Positions 26,525 through 34,242 of a stretch of 34,242 nucleotides of DNA are shown in pieces. The stretch lies in IMG/VR virus record IMGVR_UViG_3300010398_000024, positions 1 through 34,242 of that record; one strand, 5' to 3'. Numbering within the stretch: the first letter of the stretch is position 1; every line of letters starts with the position of its first letter. The DNA is from a virus (lineage: Duplodnaviria; Caudoviricetes). The position numbers and the translations under genes were made by a program. The notes under the pieces are model-generated. The model saw only the letters and a list, made by a program, of their open reading frames with translations. It ran no database searches and was not told where the DNA came from.

Positions 26525-27511
26525 TTAGTGCGTGACGATCGCCTGCGAAATCGCGATGCCGTCGAGCACCTTGTAGCCGTAGACCTGAAGTCCACGGAGG
26601 ATGGTGCCGAACGTCATCTCGGAACGCAGTGTCTCGACCTTCGAGATCTGGCTGGCAAACGTGAGGCCATGCGCATGACCGGCATAAATAACGCCTTCCG
26701 CCGCTGCCAGTCCCGCCGACGTGCCCTTAGGCAGCAGGTTGGACGTGTAGAGCGTGAAGCGGTCGATCATGCCGAGCCGCCCGTTACGCAGGACGGACAC
26801 GCTGTCACCGGTCAAGTATGCCTGACGCAGATCGGAGAACTTGAGCATCGCAGCCGCCCATGCCGGGATAACCACCCAGCGCCCCTGTTCGGGGATGTTC
26901 TGCTCGTCGAGCGCCTGACCCAGACGCAGGATGAGGTCGAGGATTTCGACCTGACCCGCCGTGGGTGAACGGGCCACGATCGTGAGCGGTGTGCCAGTGA
27001 CGCCAAGATTGATGGTGCCTGAGATCTTGCCCGCGGTCGTCCCCATGTTCGAGGCATTGGCCTGATTGAGGATGCCAAGGAGCACCGCCGTGTCGACGGT
27101 GATCTTGAGCTGCTCGCTCGCGTCGTCGGACCAGATGTTGAGGTTGTTGAGGTCGGACTGCACGTCCATCACATCGTCAAGGATCGTGTTGAAATACTTG
27201 CCTTGATCGATATACAGCTCGACGTTGTTGCCCGACGGGCGCTCGAGAGCGAGCAAGCCGTCAGCCAAGTAGTCGCGGATGGTGATGGTCGGCTTCGTGC
27301 GGATCTTGACGCGATCGCCCTGATTCTTGATCTCGCCCTCGTAATCGGTGTTCGAGATCGCGGCCAGCACCGTCGAGGCGTAGAACTTCTCGATCAGTTT
27401 GCCGGACCAGATTTCAGGGATGAAGCCGGAAGCCTGAAGTGTGTTGCCTGCACCACCGGTCGGGTAAATGGGAGGGGTGGTTGCGGCGCCAGCAATGCCA
27501 AAAGCTGCCAT
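26525..27511 (-). CDS. Major capsid protein
   Basis: FIPEIWSGKL...NTDYEGEI...GDRVKI, LDEQNIPEQGRW and RGLQVYGYKV; follows the scaffold gene. Confidence 0.9.
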   Translation of the reverse strand: MAAFGIAGAATTPPIYPTGGAGNTLQASGFIPEIWSGKLIEKFYASTVLAAISNTDYEGEIKNQGDRVKIRTKPTITIRDYLADGLLALERPSGNNVELYIDQGKYFNTILDDVMDVQSDLNNLNIWSDDASEQLKITVDTAVLLGILNQANASNMGTTAGKISGTINLGVTGTPLTIVARSPTAGQVEILDLILRLGQALDEQNIPEQGRWVVIPAWAAAMLKFSDLRQAYLTGDSVSVLRNGRLGMIDRFTLYTSNLLPKGTSAGLAAAEGVIYAGHAHGLTFASQISKVETLRSEMTFGTILRGLQVYGYKVLDGIAISQAIVTH

Positions 27512-27536
27512 AGGTCGTTACCCCCTTCGGGTTCGG

Positions 27537-28595
27537 TTAGCGGATACGGCCCTCCCTCTGCGCCTCGAAAATCTGTGCTTCGAGTGCGATACGATCGGCA
27601 TCCCGACCATTGTACCGGCCTCGACGGCAGTCATCGTAGAACTGGGAGATTTGGGCCGCGGTGATGACCGGCTTCTCGGGCGGTGCGCCCTGCGATGCCG
27701 GCGATGTTCGCGCCCGGCCGGGTGCGGCTAGATCTTCGAGACGGACCGCCGGAGCTGGCTGCGGCGATTGTGTCGAAGCTGGCGGCGTGACGGCCTGCTT
27801 CTCGGCGTTGAAGCCGTTGAAGAAGGCAAGGACTCGAGCGACGTCAGATCGGTCGAATGCCTGCCTTAATAGGTCCATACGCCTAGCACCGGAATAAACA
27901 TCTGGCAACTCCAACCACGCCAAAAACTCCGGGTCTTGGTTCTGCGTGCGCCACGTCGTGAGCCGCTGGTCGAGTGTCGCGAGCAGGCGCCCGCGCGCGT
28001 CATTCGCCACCACGGTATTGACGTTGCCGACCTGCTGGCGGAGCTGCGTGATCTCGGCTTCCTGATTGGCAGTGACCTGCGTCGCGTAACCCTTGGCGAC
28101 GCGCTCGATCAGATCGATCAGCTCGGGCCCGTACTCCTCGCGGTCCTTGTCGGTCGTGAACATCTGCTCGCGCAACGGGACGTTCGGATCGAGATTGGCA
28201 GGCACCTGCGGCTCCGGTTGGCGCGTCGAGACGTCGGCGAGCAGCTGCTCGAGATGGCTAAGGCGGTTCTCCTGATCGGTGACGCGGCGCTGACCCTGAT
28301 CGAAGCGACCCTTCATCGCCCAATATCTCGACTCCCACGAGCCCGGCTCGATGTGTTCGGAGCGCGGCGGCTCTTCCGGCGTTACCGGCGGTGCCGCGCT
28401 CGCCGGAGCCGGCGCGGGCGCGGCAGGCGGTGGCTGCGGTTGGTCGCCGTCCTGCCCGTTCGCGGGCGGAGCATCTTCGACCGTCGTGCCATAAGCCTGT
28501 TGGTGAACCTGTGTCGCCCGCTCCGATGCGCGGCGAACAGCATCCGGCATGCGCACGTTCTCATCGATCGGCGCAGTGTTTCGAGGACCGCTCAT
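27537..28595 (-). CDS. Capsid scaffolding protein
   Basis: Coiled-coil, acidic/Pro-rich protein directly upstream of the capsid gene; C-terminal IFEAQREGRIR; GGAG RBS. Confidence 0.7.
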   Translation of the reverse strand: MSGPRNTAPIDENVRMPDAVRRASERATQVHQQAYGTTVEDAPPANGQDGDQPQPPPAAPAPAPASAAPPVTPEEPPRSEHIEPGSWESRYWAMKGRFDQGQRRVTDQENRLSHLEQLLADVSTRQPEPQVPANLDPNVPLREQMFTTDKDREEYGPELIDLIERVAKGYATQVTANQEAEITQLRQQVGNVNTVVANDARGRLLATLDQRLTTWRTQNQDPEFLAWLELPDVYSGARRMDLLRQAFDRSDVARVLAFFNGFNAEKQAVTPPASTQSPQPAPAVRLEDLAAPGRARTSPASQGAPPEKPVITAAQISQFYDDCRRGRYNGRDADRIALEAQIFEAQREGRIR

Positions 28596-28658
28596 GTAAT
28601 CTCCTGCGCAAGGCGCGCTCCTTGAGGGCGCGTTGGCGCTGGAGCGGGATAATGCCGC

Positions 28659-28907
28659 TTATTTGCTGCGCGCTTCAAGCTTTTGCGCCAGCTCGTCACA
28701 GTTACCCATGAGGGTAAGAAAATCGGCTGCATGCTTGGCGCGGCCCTGTACCGAGAGCACAACCTCGGGCGCACATCTGACGACATCGTCGCGCATCCGC
28801 TCCGTATGGAGCACCAGCGCCGTCATGAAATTATCCCACTCGCGCGGCGCCGTATGACGAAGCCGCGCAGCGGAACGAATCAGGTCGTCGTCCGGGCCGT
28901 CCTTCAC
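28659..28907 (-). CDS. Hypothetical head-module protein (82 aa); start revised to GTG 28907
   Basis: GTGA coupling; ...QGRA... motif common in small genes between portal and scaffold. Confidence 0.65.
   Translation of the reverse strand: MKDGPDDDLIRSAARLRHTAPREWDNFMTALVLHTERMRDDVVRCAPEVVLSVQGRAKHAADFLTLMGNCDELAQKLEARSK
28702..28717. promoter_or_regulatory. TTACC-N6-GGTAA palindrome
   Basis: TTACCcatgagGGTAA. Confidence 0.75.
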
Positions 28908-29317
28908 GCAGGCTTGGCGGGCATCGACGGGCGGAATGGATGCATATGGTTGTTCGCACCCTTGCCACCGTCCACTCCCCACGGCTTGCCCTTGAAGGCG
29001 CCACCCGCGGCCGACTGGCCCGGTGTCTGCTCGCCGGCGTGCATCTTGGGGAACATGTGACCTCGACCAACCGACAGGTTGTCTTTGGTCTTCACCTTGA
29101 GCCCACCGGCGGCAGACTGACCCGGCTCTTGCGGGCCGGCGTGGTTTTGGCCGGACATGTGATTGCTCGAGCCTTTGCTCAAGATCTCACGGTCTTTGTC
29201 CGTTTTCTCCTTGCCCATCGGCGGCGTGCCCTTCTTGCCTGTATTCTTGTAGTTCTTCAAGGTTCCAGCCCTCGAGCTTGCATCGTACTGGTCCGGTCGT
29301 TGGTGGCCGCTTGTCAT
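28904..29317 (-). CDS. Basic Gly/Lys/His-rich protein with internal repeats
   Basis: ATGA coupling; repeats HM....HAG.Q.PGQSAAGG. Confidence 0.65.
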   Translation of the reverse strand: MTSGHQRPDQYDASSRAGTLKNYKNTGKKGTPPMGKEKTDKDREILSKGSSNHMSGQNHAGPQEPGQSAAGGLKVKTKDNLSVGRGHMFPKMHAGEQTPGQSAAGGAFKGKPWGVDGGKGANNHMHPFRPSMPAKPA

Positions 29318-29673
29318 TGCAGCCCTCCCGAGCCTGCGTCCTGTGACGTCATCCCGATCGGACGCGATGCCGGGATAAGATCACGCCGCATTGGCGTAAT
29401 GCGAGGATTGATCTGCTTCGTCGATGGCGGGCGGTTGGCCGCAATGGGACCAGCCTTCCCGAAGGTCGGCTGGCCCAAGCCACCGGCGGAAGAGAATTTC
29501 GGCATTGTCACGGCCGGGCCCTTGGGTGCGGACACGCGCGGTGCCGCCACCTTCTTCGCCGTTACCGCGGGCATCTTGATCGGCTTCTCGGCGTAGTGGG
29601 TGATCGCTGCGAGCGGACCCCCGCCACCGCTGCTGAAGCGCCCCAAGCTCGGGGCCCTGAGCTGTGCCATCAT
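29314..29673 (-). CDS. Basic Pro/Lys-rich hypothetical protein
   Basis: ATGA overlap with the portal stop; GGAGG upstream. Confidence 0.65.
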   Translation of the reverse strand: MMAQLRAPSLGRFSSGGGGPLAAITHYAEKPIKMPAVTAKKVAAPRVSAPKGPAVTMPKFSSAGGLGQPTFGKAGPIAANRPPSTKQINPRITPMRRDLIPASRPIGMTSQDAGSGGLQ

Positions 29674-31808
29674 GGACCTCCACCAATTGCGACCGGCGGA
29701 TTGGGCTGCTGTTGCTGCAAATTCGTCCGCGGTCCCATGTCGCCGGTGACCTGCGGCCCCGGTGTAGTCCCTTGCGCCGTCGGCTGTCCATTGGGTGGAC
29801 CGCCAGCATTGTCGGGCGGTTGCTGCATGTGACCGGGTGCGCCAGCCGCCTGTGCCTGCTCCGCCGCGGCTTTCTGCTGCGCCTGAAGCTGGTCGTCCGA
29901 CGGCACGATGTCTTCGCCCGGAAGCCCGATCGTCGTCGACACGGCGCGCAACACGTTGGCGCGGCCGCGCGGTCCGATGATCTGCATGTCGACCGGGTTC
30001 GCGGTGATCTGCAAGAACTCGAGTTGGCGCGAGCGCTCGGTCTCTTTTTGAAGCGCGACGTTGACGCCGAGCACTTGGACTTTCTCCTCGCCCGACAAGA
30101 GCCCGGTCTGGTCGGTGAGCATGATCAGATCGAAGAGATTTCCGAGCAGCGGATTGTAAATATCGCGATCGATATTCGCGGCGACGGTCTGGAGCACCTT
30201 GCTCGCATTGCCCATCAGCATTGCGAGGCCCGATGCCGTTCGACCGGCGCCGCCAGCGCCCGAGCCTGCAAGGTATTTCGGTATCGCCGAAAGATCGTCA
30301 GCCATCTGGGAGAAGGCTTGGTAGACCGCAAGCAGTTCTTGCGCGTTCGAGTTGGGCTGAAAAAACGTGACCGGTGCGACGGACGATGCCTGCCCCAATG
30401 GGTCCGATGTCATATGCCACCGTTTCCACGGGTACAGGTCATCGCCGTCCTCACCGGGAGACAGGCGGTCCTCCAAGACGACCACCTGCGGCCCCGACGA
30501 GATCGAGAGGTTATTGACGAGCGAACGAAGGGTTGCGTTCGATACGTCTTGGATGTCGGCGAGGATATCAGGTAAGCCGTTGCCGACAGGGGTCCCCGGA
30601 ACCTTCTCGAATGACGTGATGTAGTACGGGTGCCGGCGCCGTGGTGACGGCGAGAACTGCACCTTGATGACGTATTGGCCGAGCAGCTGCGCTTCGACGT
30701 AGTAGTCGCGGTTCTCGTCGGGGATGTTCTTCATCCCCCAGCCCTGAAGCAGCTTGCCCTGACAATTACCTGTGTAGGTAAGCATCGAGAGCATGAACGA
30801 ACGATTGTAGTGTGGGTTCTCGCGGCTCTCCATGACGGCGCGTTCGGCGTCGGTCGTATCCCAGTCCATGTTGATGCCACCCGAACCATAGTCGCGCAGC
30901 ACACTCTGAATCGCGTCCTTGTTGTAGCCGGGCAAATCCAGACAGTCGTTGAGTTCAGCGCGCGTGATGCGCGAACGCTCAATCACCGCCGCGTCCTCGA
31001 TGTCGGCGACGCCGGGCGTGAACCAGATGTCGAACGGGCTTATGCGCTGCCAGCACAACTTGGGCAGCTGCACCGTCGTCGCTTTGCCGTTGTTCCACTT
31101 GACGTCGGGCAGGATTCTGACGATGGGTCCCTTGATGCAGCCAAATGGAAAGATCGGCAGATCGACCAGAAACTCCGCGACGGCTTTGTAGAAGCCACCC
31201 TCTTTCAGAAGCTCGTCGATCTTGTCCTCGGCGATGTTCGCCTGATTCTGCGCTTTACGTTTGGCGGCATCGCGCGCCGCCTCGATCAAATTCATCGTGC
31301 GATCGCGGATCTGGTCGGGCGTCACCTGCGCCCCTGCCTGCTGCATCGTGCCGATCTCGGTCTGGATCAGCTGCATGATCGACTGTTTTATGTTCGGCGG
31401 AATTTCGGGATCGTCCGGCGCCGCTATGCCCCACGCCCGGTCGGGACTGAGATAGACGTCGCGCAGCAAGCTCGTGGCGCCCCGGCACTTCATCGCGATC
31501 AGCCGGGCATAAACCCGCGACCCGCCGAACTTGTCGATCTCCGCCAGCTTGACGGCGTCGTACTCCCCTTTGAACGTCCGCATCGCGGCGAGAAGCCGGT
31601 CCGACCAGCCCGCATTTCCTGAATTGCGATGCCGCTGCATCATGTGGAATTCGGAGCGGATGAAGCCGGCGAGCGACGCCTCGACTTGGTCCTGCACCTG
31701 AAGCGCACGGTCTTCGGCCTGTGCCTTCTGGGTCGCAATGTCGCTGAGCTGCTGGTTCATCGACGCGGGGCCGACGACCCGCAAGACTGCGCTGCCCGGT
31801 GCGCTCAC
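29670..31808 (-). CDS. Portal protein
   Basis: 712 aa, first gene of the virion operon; PFDIWF, PGTPVGNGLPDIL.DIQ...N, RTASGLAMLMGNA and Gln/Pro-rich tail. Confidence 0.85.
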   Translation of the reverse strand: MSAPGSAVLRVVGPASMNQQLSDIATQKAQAEDRALQVQDQVEASLAGFIRSEFHMMQRHRNSGNAGWSDRLLAAMRTFKGEYDAVKLAEIDKFGGSRVYARLIAMKCRGATSLLRDVYLSPDRAWGIAAPDDPEIPPNIKQSIMQLIQTEIGTMQQAGAQVTPDQIRDRTMNLIEAARDAAKRKAQNQANIAEDKIDELLKEGGFYKAVAEFLVDLPIFPFGCIKGPIVRILPDVKWNNGKATTVQLPKLCWQRISPFDIWFTPGVADIEDAAVIERSRITRAELNDCLDLPGYNKDAIQSVLRDYGSGGINMDWDTTDAERAVMESRENPHYNRSFMLSMLTYTGNCQGKLLQGWGMKNIPDENRDYYVEAQLLGQYVIKVQFSPSPRRRHPYYITSFEKVPGTPVGNGLPDILADIQDVSNATLRSLVNNLSISSGPQVVVLEDRLSPGEDGDDLYPWKRWHMTSDPLGQASSVAPVTFFQPNSNAQELLAVYQAFSQMADDLSAIPKYLAGSGAGGAGRTASGLAMLMGNASKVLQTVAANIDRDIYNPLLGNLFDLIMLTDQTGLLSGEEKVQVLGVNVALQKETERSRQLEFLQITANPVDMQIIGPRGRANVLRAVSTTIGLPGEDIVPSDDQLQAQQKAAAEQAQAAGAPGHMQQPPDNAGGPPNGQPTAQGTTPGPQVTGDMGPRTNLQQQQPNPPVAIGGGP
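30766..30781. promoter_or_regulatory. TTACC-N6-GGTAA palindrome
   Basis: TTACCtgtgtaGGTAA. Confidence 0.75.
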
Positions 31809-31866
31809 TTGAAGTCAACCCCCTGAACGGATTAGTTGGGTTCGCACCAATACCGCGGCGCGCCGG

Positions 31867-32340
31867 ATGAACACAATGCCGCTCTCGCCCTTCCCGCCGG
31901 AAGACGGCCCGATGCTGAGCCTCGCCCGCTCGGTGGCGATGGACCTGCAAGAGCTGGACGACATCCTCAAGGCCCACCAGCTCAGCTACGAACAATGGGC
32001 GGAAATCGCGGCAAATCCCCGCTTCCAAGCCTTCCTGAAGTCGGCGGTGGAAGACTGGAACAAGCCGATGAACACGCCGGAGCGCATCAAGCTCAAGGCG
32101 CTCGCGATGGTCGAACTCGGGCTCGAGGAAATGTGGAAGCAGCTGCACAGCGATAAGGAGCCGCTGACCGCCCGCGTCGAGCTTTTCAAGACCATAGCCA
32201 AGATGGGGGCAGTCGACGTCGAGAAGCGCGTCGATGAGGGCGGCGAGAAATTCTCTGTCGTAATAAATCTCGGCTCCGATCAACTTCGGGTCACCGCACC
32301 CGCCTTACCCGCGAAGGTAATCGATCTGGACGACCACTGA
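31867..32340 (+). CDS. Probable terminase small subunit
   Basis: 157-aa helical protein coupled (TGATG) to the large terminase; C-terminal FSVVINLG strand. Confidence 0.65.
   Translation: MNTMPLSPFPPEDGPMLSLARSVAMDLQELDDILKAHQLSYEQWAEIAANPRFQAFLKSAVEDWNKPMNTPERIKLKALAMVELGLEEMWKQLHSDKEPLTARVELFKTIAKMGAVDVEKRVDEGGEKFSVVINLGSDQLRVTAPALPAKVIDLDDH
32305..32320. promoter_or_regulatory. TTACC-N6-GGTAA palindrome
   Basis: TTACCcgcgaaGGTAA. Confidence 0.75.
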
Positions 32341-33788
32341 TGCAGACGATCACTTATGACGCGCCGCCAACCGTGGCGCGCTTCATGAAATCGGAGAGCT
32401 TCTTCCGGTTGATTGCCGGCCCGGTGGGATCGGGCAAGACCACGGGATGTATTTTCGAGATCCTGCGCCGAGCTTGCGAGCAGCCACCGGGCTCGGACGG
32501 GCTCAGACACACCCGCTTCGCGATCGTGCGGCAGACGCTGAAGCAGATCAAGGACACGATCCTCAAGGACATCATGAGCTGGCTCGGCCACGTCGCCGAC
32601 CACAAGGTCTCCGAGAACACGGTGTATATTACGTTCGGCGACGTGCGCAGCGAGTGGCTGCTCATCCCGCTGGAAGACATCGAAGACCAGCGTCGGCTCC
32701 TGTCCTCTCAGCTGACCGGTGCTTGGATGTCGGAAGCGATCGAGATGGACGTCGAACTCGTGGCCGCCATCGCCGGCCGCTGCGGGCGTTACCCGTCAGG
32801 CGCCCGCGGCGTGCCCCACTGGTTCGGCGTCATCGCCGACACCAACTTCCCCTCAATCGGAAGCGCTTGGCACACTGTGATGGAAATTTCTGTCCCAGCG
32901 GACTGGCAGGTCTTCCAGCAACCCGGCGGGCTCGAGCCCGATGCCGAGAACCTGAACTGGCTCACCCAGACCGAACAGACGCTCAAGCTCGCCCTCGACC
33001 ACCCGGCACGCATCGCGCAGGGACGCCTCTACTACGAGCGGCTCGCACGCAGTAATAACGTGGACTGGGTGCGCCGCTATGTGCACGCGAAATACGGCGA
33101 AGACCCCTCCGGCACGGCAGTCTTTCGCGAGTCGTTCAAGCACTCGTTCCACGTCGCCGCCGAAGGTATCGAACCGGTACATGGTCACCCGCTCGTCGTG
33201 GGGCAGGATTTTGGACGAGACCCGTGCTCGCTCATTTGCCAGTGCGATCACCGCGGCAGACTTCTCGTCCTTGCTGAAGTCGTCGCGATGGACATGGGGC
33301 TCGAGAACCAGCTCAAGCTGAACCTGCTCCCCGAACTCCGCACCGAGCGCTACATGGCGAAGCCGGTGCTCGTCGTGGGCGACCCCGCGGGCGCTGCCAA
33401 GTCGACCCACTACGAGGAGACCTCGTTCGACCTGATCAAGCGTTGCGGGCTCAACTGCATGCCGGCGCCGACCAACGATCTCGATCCCAGACTCAGAAGT
33501 GTCGAGGCGCTTCTCGGTCAGCAGATCAACGGAGGCGCCGCCCTCGTCATCGACGGGCAAAGATGCCCCATGCTCGTGCGCGCCCTCGACGGGGCATATC
33601 GTTATGGCAAGACCCGTGACGGCAAGCGCCGCCCCGTGCCCGACAAGACCCACCCCTTCAGCGATCTGGCGGATGCTCTTCAGTACGTATGCTTGGCGGT
33701 GCACGGCGGCCTCGTGATCAAGTTCTCCGGCTCGATGCTACGCCCGACCCGCACCCCGAAAGTAATCCCCGTCGGCGCTTGGACTTAA
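32340..33788 (+). CDS. terL: Terminase large subunit
   Basis: Walker A GPVGSGKT, Walker B-like AWMSE, DTN coupling motif, nuclease acidic residues GQDFG, GDPAG and SDLADALQY. Confidence 0.93.
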   Translation: MQTITYDAPPTVARFMKSESFFRLIAGPVGSGKTTGCIFEILRRACEQPPGSDGLRHTRFAIVRQTLKQIKDTILKDIMSWLGHVADHKVSENTVYITFGDVRSEWLLIPLEDIEDQRRLLSSQLTGAWMSEAIEMDVELVAAIAGRCGRYPSGARGVPHWFGVIADTNFPSIGSAWHTVMEISVPADWQVFQQPGGLEPDAENLNWLTQTEQTLKLALDHPARIAQGRLYYERLARSNNVDWVRRYVHAKYGEDPSGTAVFRESFKHSFHVAAEGIEPVHGHPLVVGQDFGRDPCSLICQCDHRGRLLVLAEVVAMDMGLENQLKLNLLPELRTERYMAKPVLVVGDPAGAAKSTHYEETSFDLIKRCGLNCMPAPTNDLDPRLRSVEALLGQQINGGAALVIDGQRCPMLVRALDGAYRYGKTRDGKRRPVPDKTHPFSDLADALQYVCLAVHGGLVIKFSGSMLRPTRTPKVIPVGAWT

Positions 33789-33840
33789 TGTTCCAATCGC
33801 TTAAGAGAAAGGAAATCATTGGGGTTTTAGGTTTACTTAG

Positions 33841-34029
33841 TTACGAGTCGGGGGTTACCCACAATCTTGTTTTTGGCTTGTTTTCGGCTTGTTTTTTGCC
33901 CGAAAGGCGCCGGCGAAATCCACGACGCCGGCGCCCGCTCGTATGAGGGGAATGCTTTGCTTTACCGGGCCTCCTTCTTTGGGGCGCGGGCGGAATTACC
34001 CGCAACGGTAAGCTTAAGCCCGCGATCAC
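33841..34029 (-). CDS. Possible small basic ORF (uncertain)
   Basis: GTGA overlap with the J-domain gene stop, but atypical composition running into the AT-rich patch. Confidence 0.3.
   Translation of the reverse strand: MIAGLSLPLRVIPPAPQRRRPGKAKHSPHTSGRRRRGFRRRLSGKKQAENKPKTRLWVTPDS
33866..33897. repeat. Three CTTGTTTT direct repeats with an exact 11-bp period
   Basis: Copies start at 33866, 33877 and 33888. Confidence 0.8.
33996..34011. promoter_or_regulatory. TTACC-N6-GGTAA palindrome
   Basis: TTACCcgcaacGGTAA. Confidence 0.75.
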
Positions 34030-34241
34030 ACCAACACCAGTTTCCTTGCACGCTCCCGCGCGTTGTAGAGCCGTATCACCAGATTGTTGGTGCCGCCTTG
34101 ATCGGGATGCGCCATCTTGACCAGCGCCCGGAACGCCTTGTCGATCTCCTGTCGGTTGGTCGGCATGGTGAGCCCGAGCTGCTTAAGGCACTGCGGTGTC
34201 TCAGTCTGGCGCGGGCCCTGCGCATAGCGAATAAGCAGATC
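34026..34241 (-). CDS. J-domain (DnaJ-like) protein, 5' part outside the window; absent from the ORF track
   Basis: My translation: ...CLKQLGLTMPTNRQEIDKAFRALVKMAHPDQGGTNNLVIRLYNARERARKLVLV*; canonical HPD motif. Confidence 0.85.
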   Translation of the reverse strand, partial: DLLIRYAQGPRQTETPQCLKQLGLTMPTNRQEIDKAFRALVKMAHPDQGGTNNLVIRLYNARERARKLVLV

Positions 34242-34242
34242 C

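Larger units (their letters stand above)
1..34242. mobile_element. Tailed bacteriophage (podovirus-like) genome segment or prophage; no host genes recognised
   Basis: Terminase, portal, scaffold, capsid, tail fibre and ejection-protein genes in tightly coupled operons. No tape measure, sheath or integrase recognised. Confidence 0.95.

Noticed and set aside
28596-28658. Possible hairpin CGCGCTC-cttga-GGGCGCG upstream of the scaffold gene
   Set aside because: Short GC stem with a mismatch on the transcribed strand and no U-tract; expected by chance at this GC content.
14436-28982. Longest-ORF starts in the track (16391, 16916, 17936, 25739, 26595, 28982)
   Set aside because: They overlap upstream genes extensively; downstream starts with stop/start coupling or a strong RBS fit better.
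2670-30781. T-x-x-G-K peptides as Walker A motifs or a protein-level signal
   Set aside because: They lack the GxxxxGK[ST] pattern, and the DNA motif also occurs intergenically and in another frame.
1742-31622. Long plus-strand ORFs (e.g. 2411..4192, 4199..5944, 7058..8365, 9021..10382, 30675..31622)
   Set aside because: Antisense shadows of GC-rich genes, with no motifs, RBS or coupling.
854-34011. Palindromes as a CRISPR array, REP/IS ends or intrinsic terminators
   Set aside because: Copies are kilobases apart, mostly intragenic, have only 5-8 bp AT-rich arms, a variable spacer and no U-tract; no cas or transposase gene is present.
1-34242. tRNA, rRNA, integrase/att site and holin-endolysin cassette
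   Set aside because: None recognised by eye; lifestyle and host cannot be determined from this window.

Overview
The whole window is a GC-rich tailed-phage (podovirus-like) genome segment. On the + strand at the left are the end of a probable primase/helicase-type gene and a HicA-like gene. A ~31 kb minus-strand virion operon follows, transcribed from the right: portal, scaffold, major capsid, adaptor/tail proteins, two paralogous S74-chaperone tail fibres, nozzle-like protein, GNAT protein, three ejection/internal proteins (one with a lytic transglycosylase domain, one a 2366-aa PLxRFG/zincin protein) and an HNH gene. Small and large terminase genes lie divergent from the portal on the + strand, followed by an AT-rich patch and a partial J-domain (HPD) gene. 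The most striking unexplained signal is a 16-bp interrupted palindrome, TTACC-N6-GGTAA. I found 18 exact copies by eye, spread along the entire window about every 2 kb, inside genes in two reading frames and at gene junctions. This suggests a genome-wide array of binding sites for a dimeric protein. All product calls come from motifs and gene order; no database search was run.
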